Shown here: positions 62,741 through 64,000 of the stretch, piece after piece
Numbering within the stretch: the first letter of the stretch is position 1
Layout of the letters: each line of letters starts with the position of its first letter
NCBI GenBank assembly: GCA_963833985.1
Contig: CAWIAD010000001.1
Coordinates: 1,472,001 to 1,536,000 of the forward strand
DNA from: an uncultured Planctomycetaceae bacterium
GTDB taxonomy: Bacteria > Planctomycetota > Planctomycetia > Isosphaerales > Isosphaeraceae
Reading direction: 5' to 3'
DNA length: 64,000 bases
The notes under the pieces: generated by a model
What the model was told of the DNA's origin: nothing
Database searches by the model: none
The model's input: the letters and a program-made list of their open reading frames with translations, nothing else
Translations under genes and position numbers: made by a program

Positions 62741-64000
62741 TCACGCCGTGGCCGCGTCGAGCGGGCTGCGCCACACGGGTTGTAGCGGGAACAAGACACG
62801 GGCGGCGTCAATCGCTGTCGCGGTCGATGCAGCGAACCCGTCCTCACCGGCCAGTGAGTCGACGCTGGCATGGCCCATGAGCAGCCGCACGAGACTTTGC
62901 GGCGCGAGTGTCAGATGTCTCCGGCTCAGCTTGTCTGGCTCGACGCGCGAGCCTTTCAGGTCGACGTGCAGCATCCAGCGCTGATCCTCGGTGGTGATGC
63001 CGAGCTCCAGGGGCAGCGCGCAGCCGGCGGCCGAGGCACGCCGGGTCAGTTCGGGAAGGATGGACTTCAAGAACCTGCCCGGGTCGGCAATGTGGTACAT
63101 GGACACGCTCGGGTCGGCATTTTCCTGGTCGACCAGGCGGCCGGACGCGGCGAGGAACGCCTCGATGGCCGGGTGGTTCGAAGGCGCATGAACGGTGACC
63201 TGAGGATAGGCGCGCTCCAGCGCCTCGGCGCGCACCCGGCCCAGCAGGGACTTGAGCGCTTGCGGATGCGCCGGGTCCGAGGCGATCTCGAGGATCTTGT
63301 GGTCTTTCACGAAGGCGTAGCCGCGCACGGTCTCTCCCTGGCAGGCCACCCAGATCACGTGCGCATACCGGCGGCCGATCAGCCAGCGCCAGCATTCCTC
63401 GGAACGAATCACCGTTCCGGTGACGTCCGCAAACTGTTTCTCGTACAAGGACATCAGGTCGGCAAGCTCGACCTGGCGCCAGGGCGCACATGCCAGAACC
63501 CGGCGCGGCCCTCGATGAGCCCGTCGCTGACCTGGGGCAAGTTGCGGCTGAGCGCCCGCGCGTAGGTCTGCCGCCCGCAAACGCCCCAGCCGAGCGGACG
63601 GTAGAACTGGGGCATTCCCGTGGTCAAGGCCTGTAACGAGTGGTTGGTGGCCCGCGCCCGCTCGTCCGCCAGACGCAACAGGTTCTGTGCGAACCCGAGT
63701 CCGCGAAATTCCGGGAGCGTCCCCACCCACATGACGCCGTTCAGTGGAATCGCGGTGCAGCCGTAACGGATCTCGCGTTCCGTGAGGTGCGCGTGACTCA
63801 CAACCCGACCGTCTACCTTGGCCAGCAAACGCTGCTCGGGCCGGTAAGCCGGGTCACTGAGCGCCCCCAGGAACGATTCGCGATCCGGACCGTGGAAGAC
63901 GTGGAGCAGCGTCTGGTAGACGGCTTCATGGTCGGCCTCGGTGCCAAGACTGTACTCGACGGAGCCGCGGCGAAACGGCAAACGAATCGCCGACGTTGGG
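62741..64000 (-). CDS. Eis-like GNAT acetyltransferase, 5' end outside the window, frameshift at ~63483
   Basis: VGTLPEFRGLGFA, FYRPLGW, second GNAT-like half, SCP2-like tail. Confidence 0.82.

Overview
High-GC bacterial chromosomal window, most likely from a planctomycete (Isosphaeraceae-like). This is inferred from LEDR/LESR-xxL N-terminal export motifs, an ECF-Ser/Thr kinase pair, a DUF1570 protein and many TPR proteins. The left part (1-41 kb) is mostly core or ordinary: MBL hydrolase, parAB, U32-family protein, flavin oxidoreductase, TPR proteins, sulfotransferase, Gfo/Idh/MocA, enolase-superfamily enzyme, SPFH, a GntR/ABC operon, wzm/wzt and ECF+STK. It also holds two paralogous Gly/Thr-rich secreted proteins, each with a sigma54-type promoter, followed by an orphan membrane-fusion protein. 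A complete ISAs1 (10-bp target duplication) separates the first paralogue from its promoter. The right part (~41-57.6 kb) is an accessory zone ending at a tRNA-Ala(TGC). It contains a complete IS1634-family element (19-bp TIR, 6-bp TSD), an IS701 remnant, an ECF42/YciI module, stacked tRNA att scars and a 1.2-kb toxin-antitoxin mini-island. Its main gene encodes a ~2000-aa kinase-STAND NTPase-repeat-TPR-FGE/C-type-lectin protein whose 3' end looks like a diversity-generating-retroelement variable region, although no RT or template repeat is in the window. About 12 frameshifts in 9 otherwise intact genes are most likely assembly or sequencing errors. No CRISPR array or rRNA was seen.
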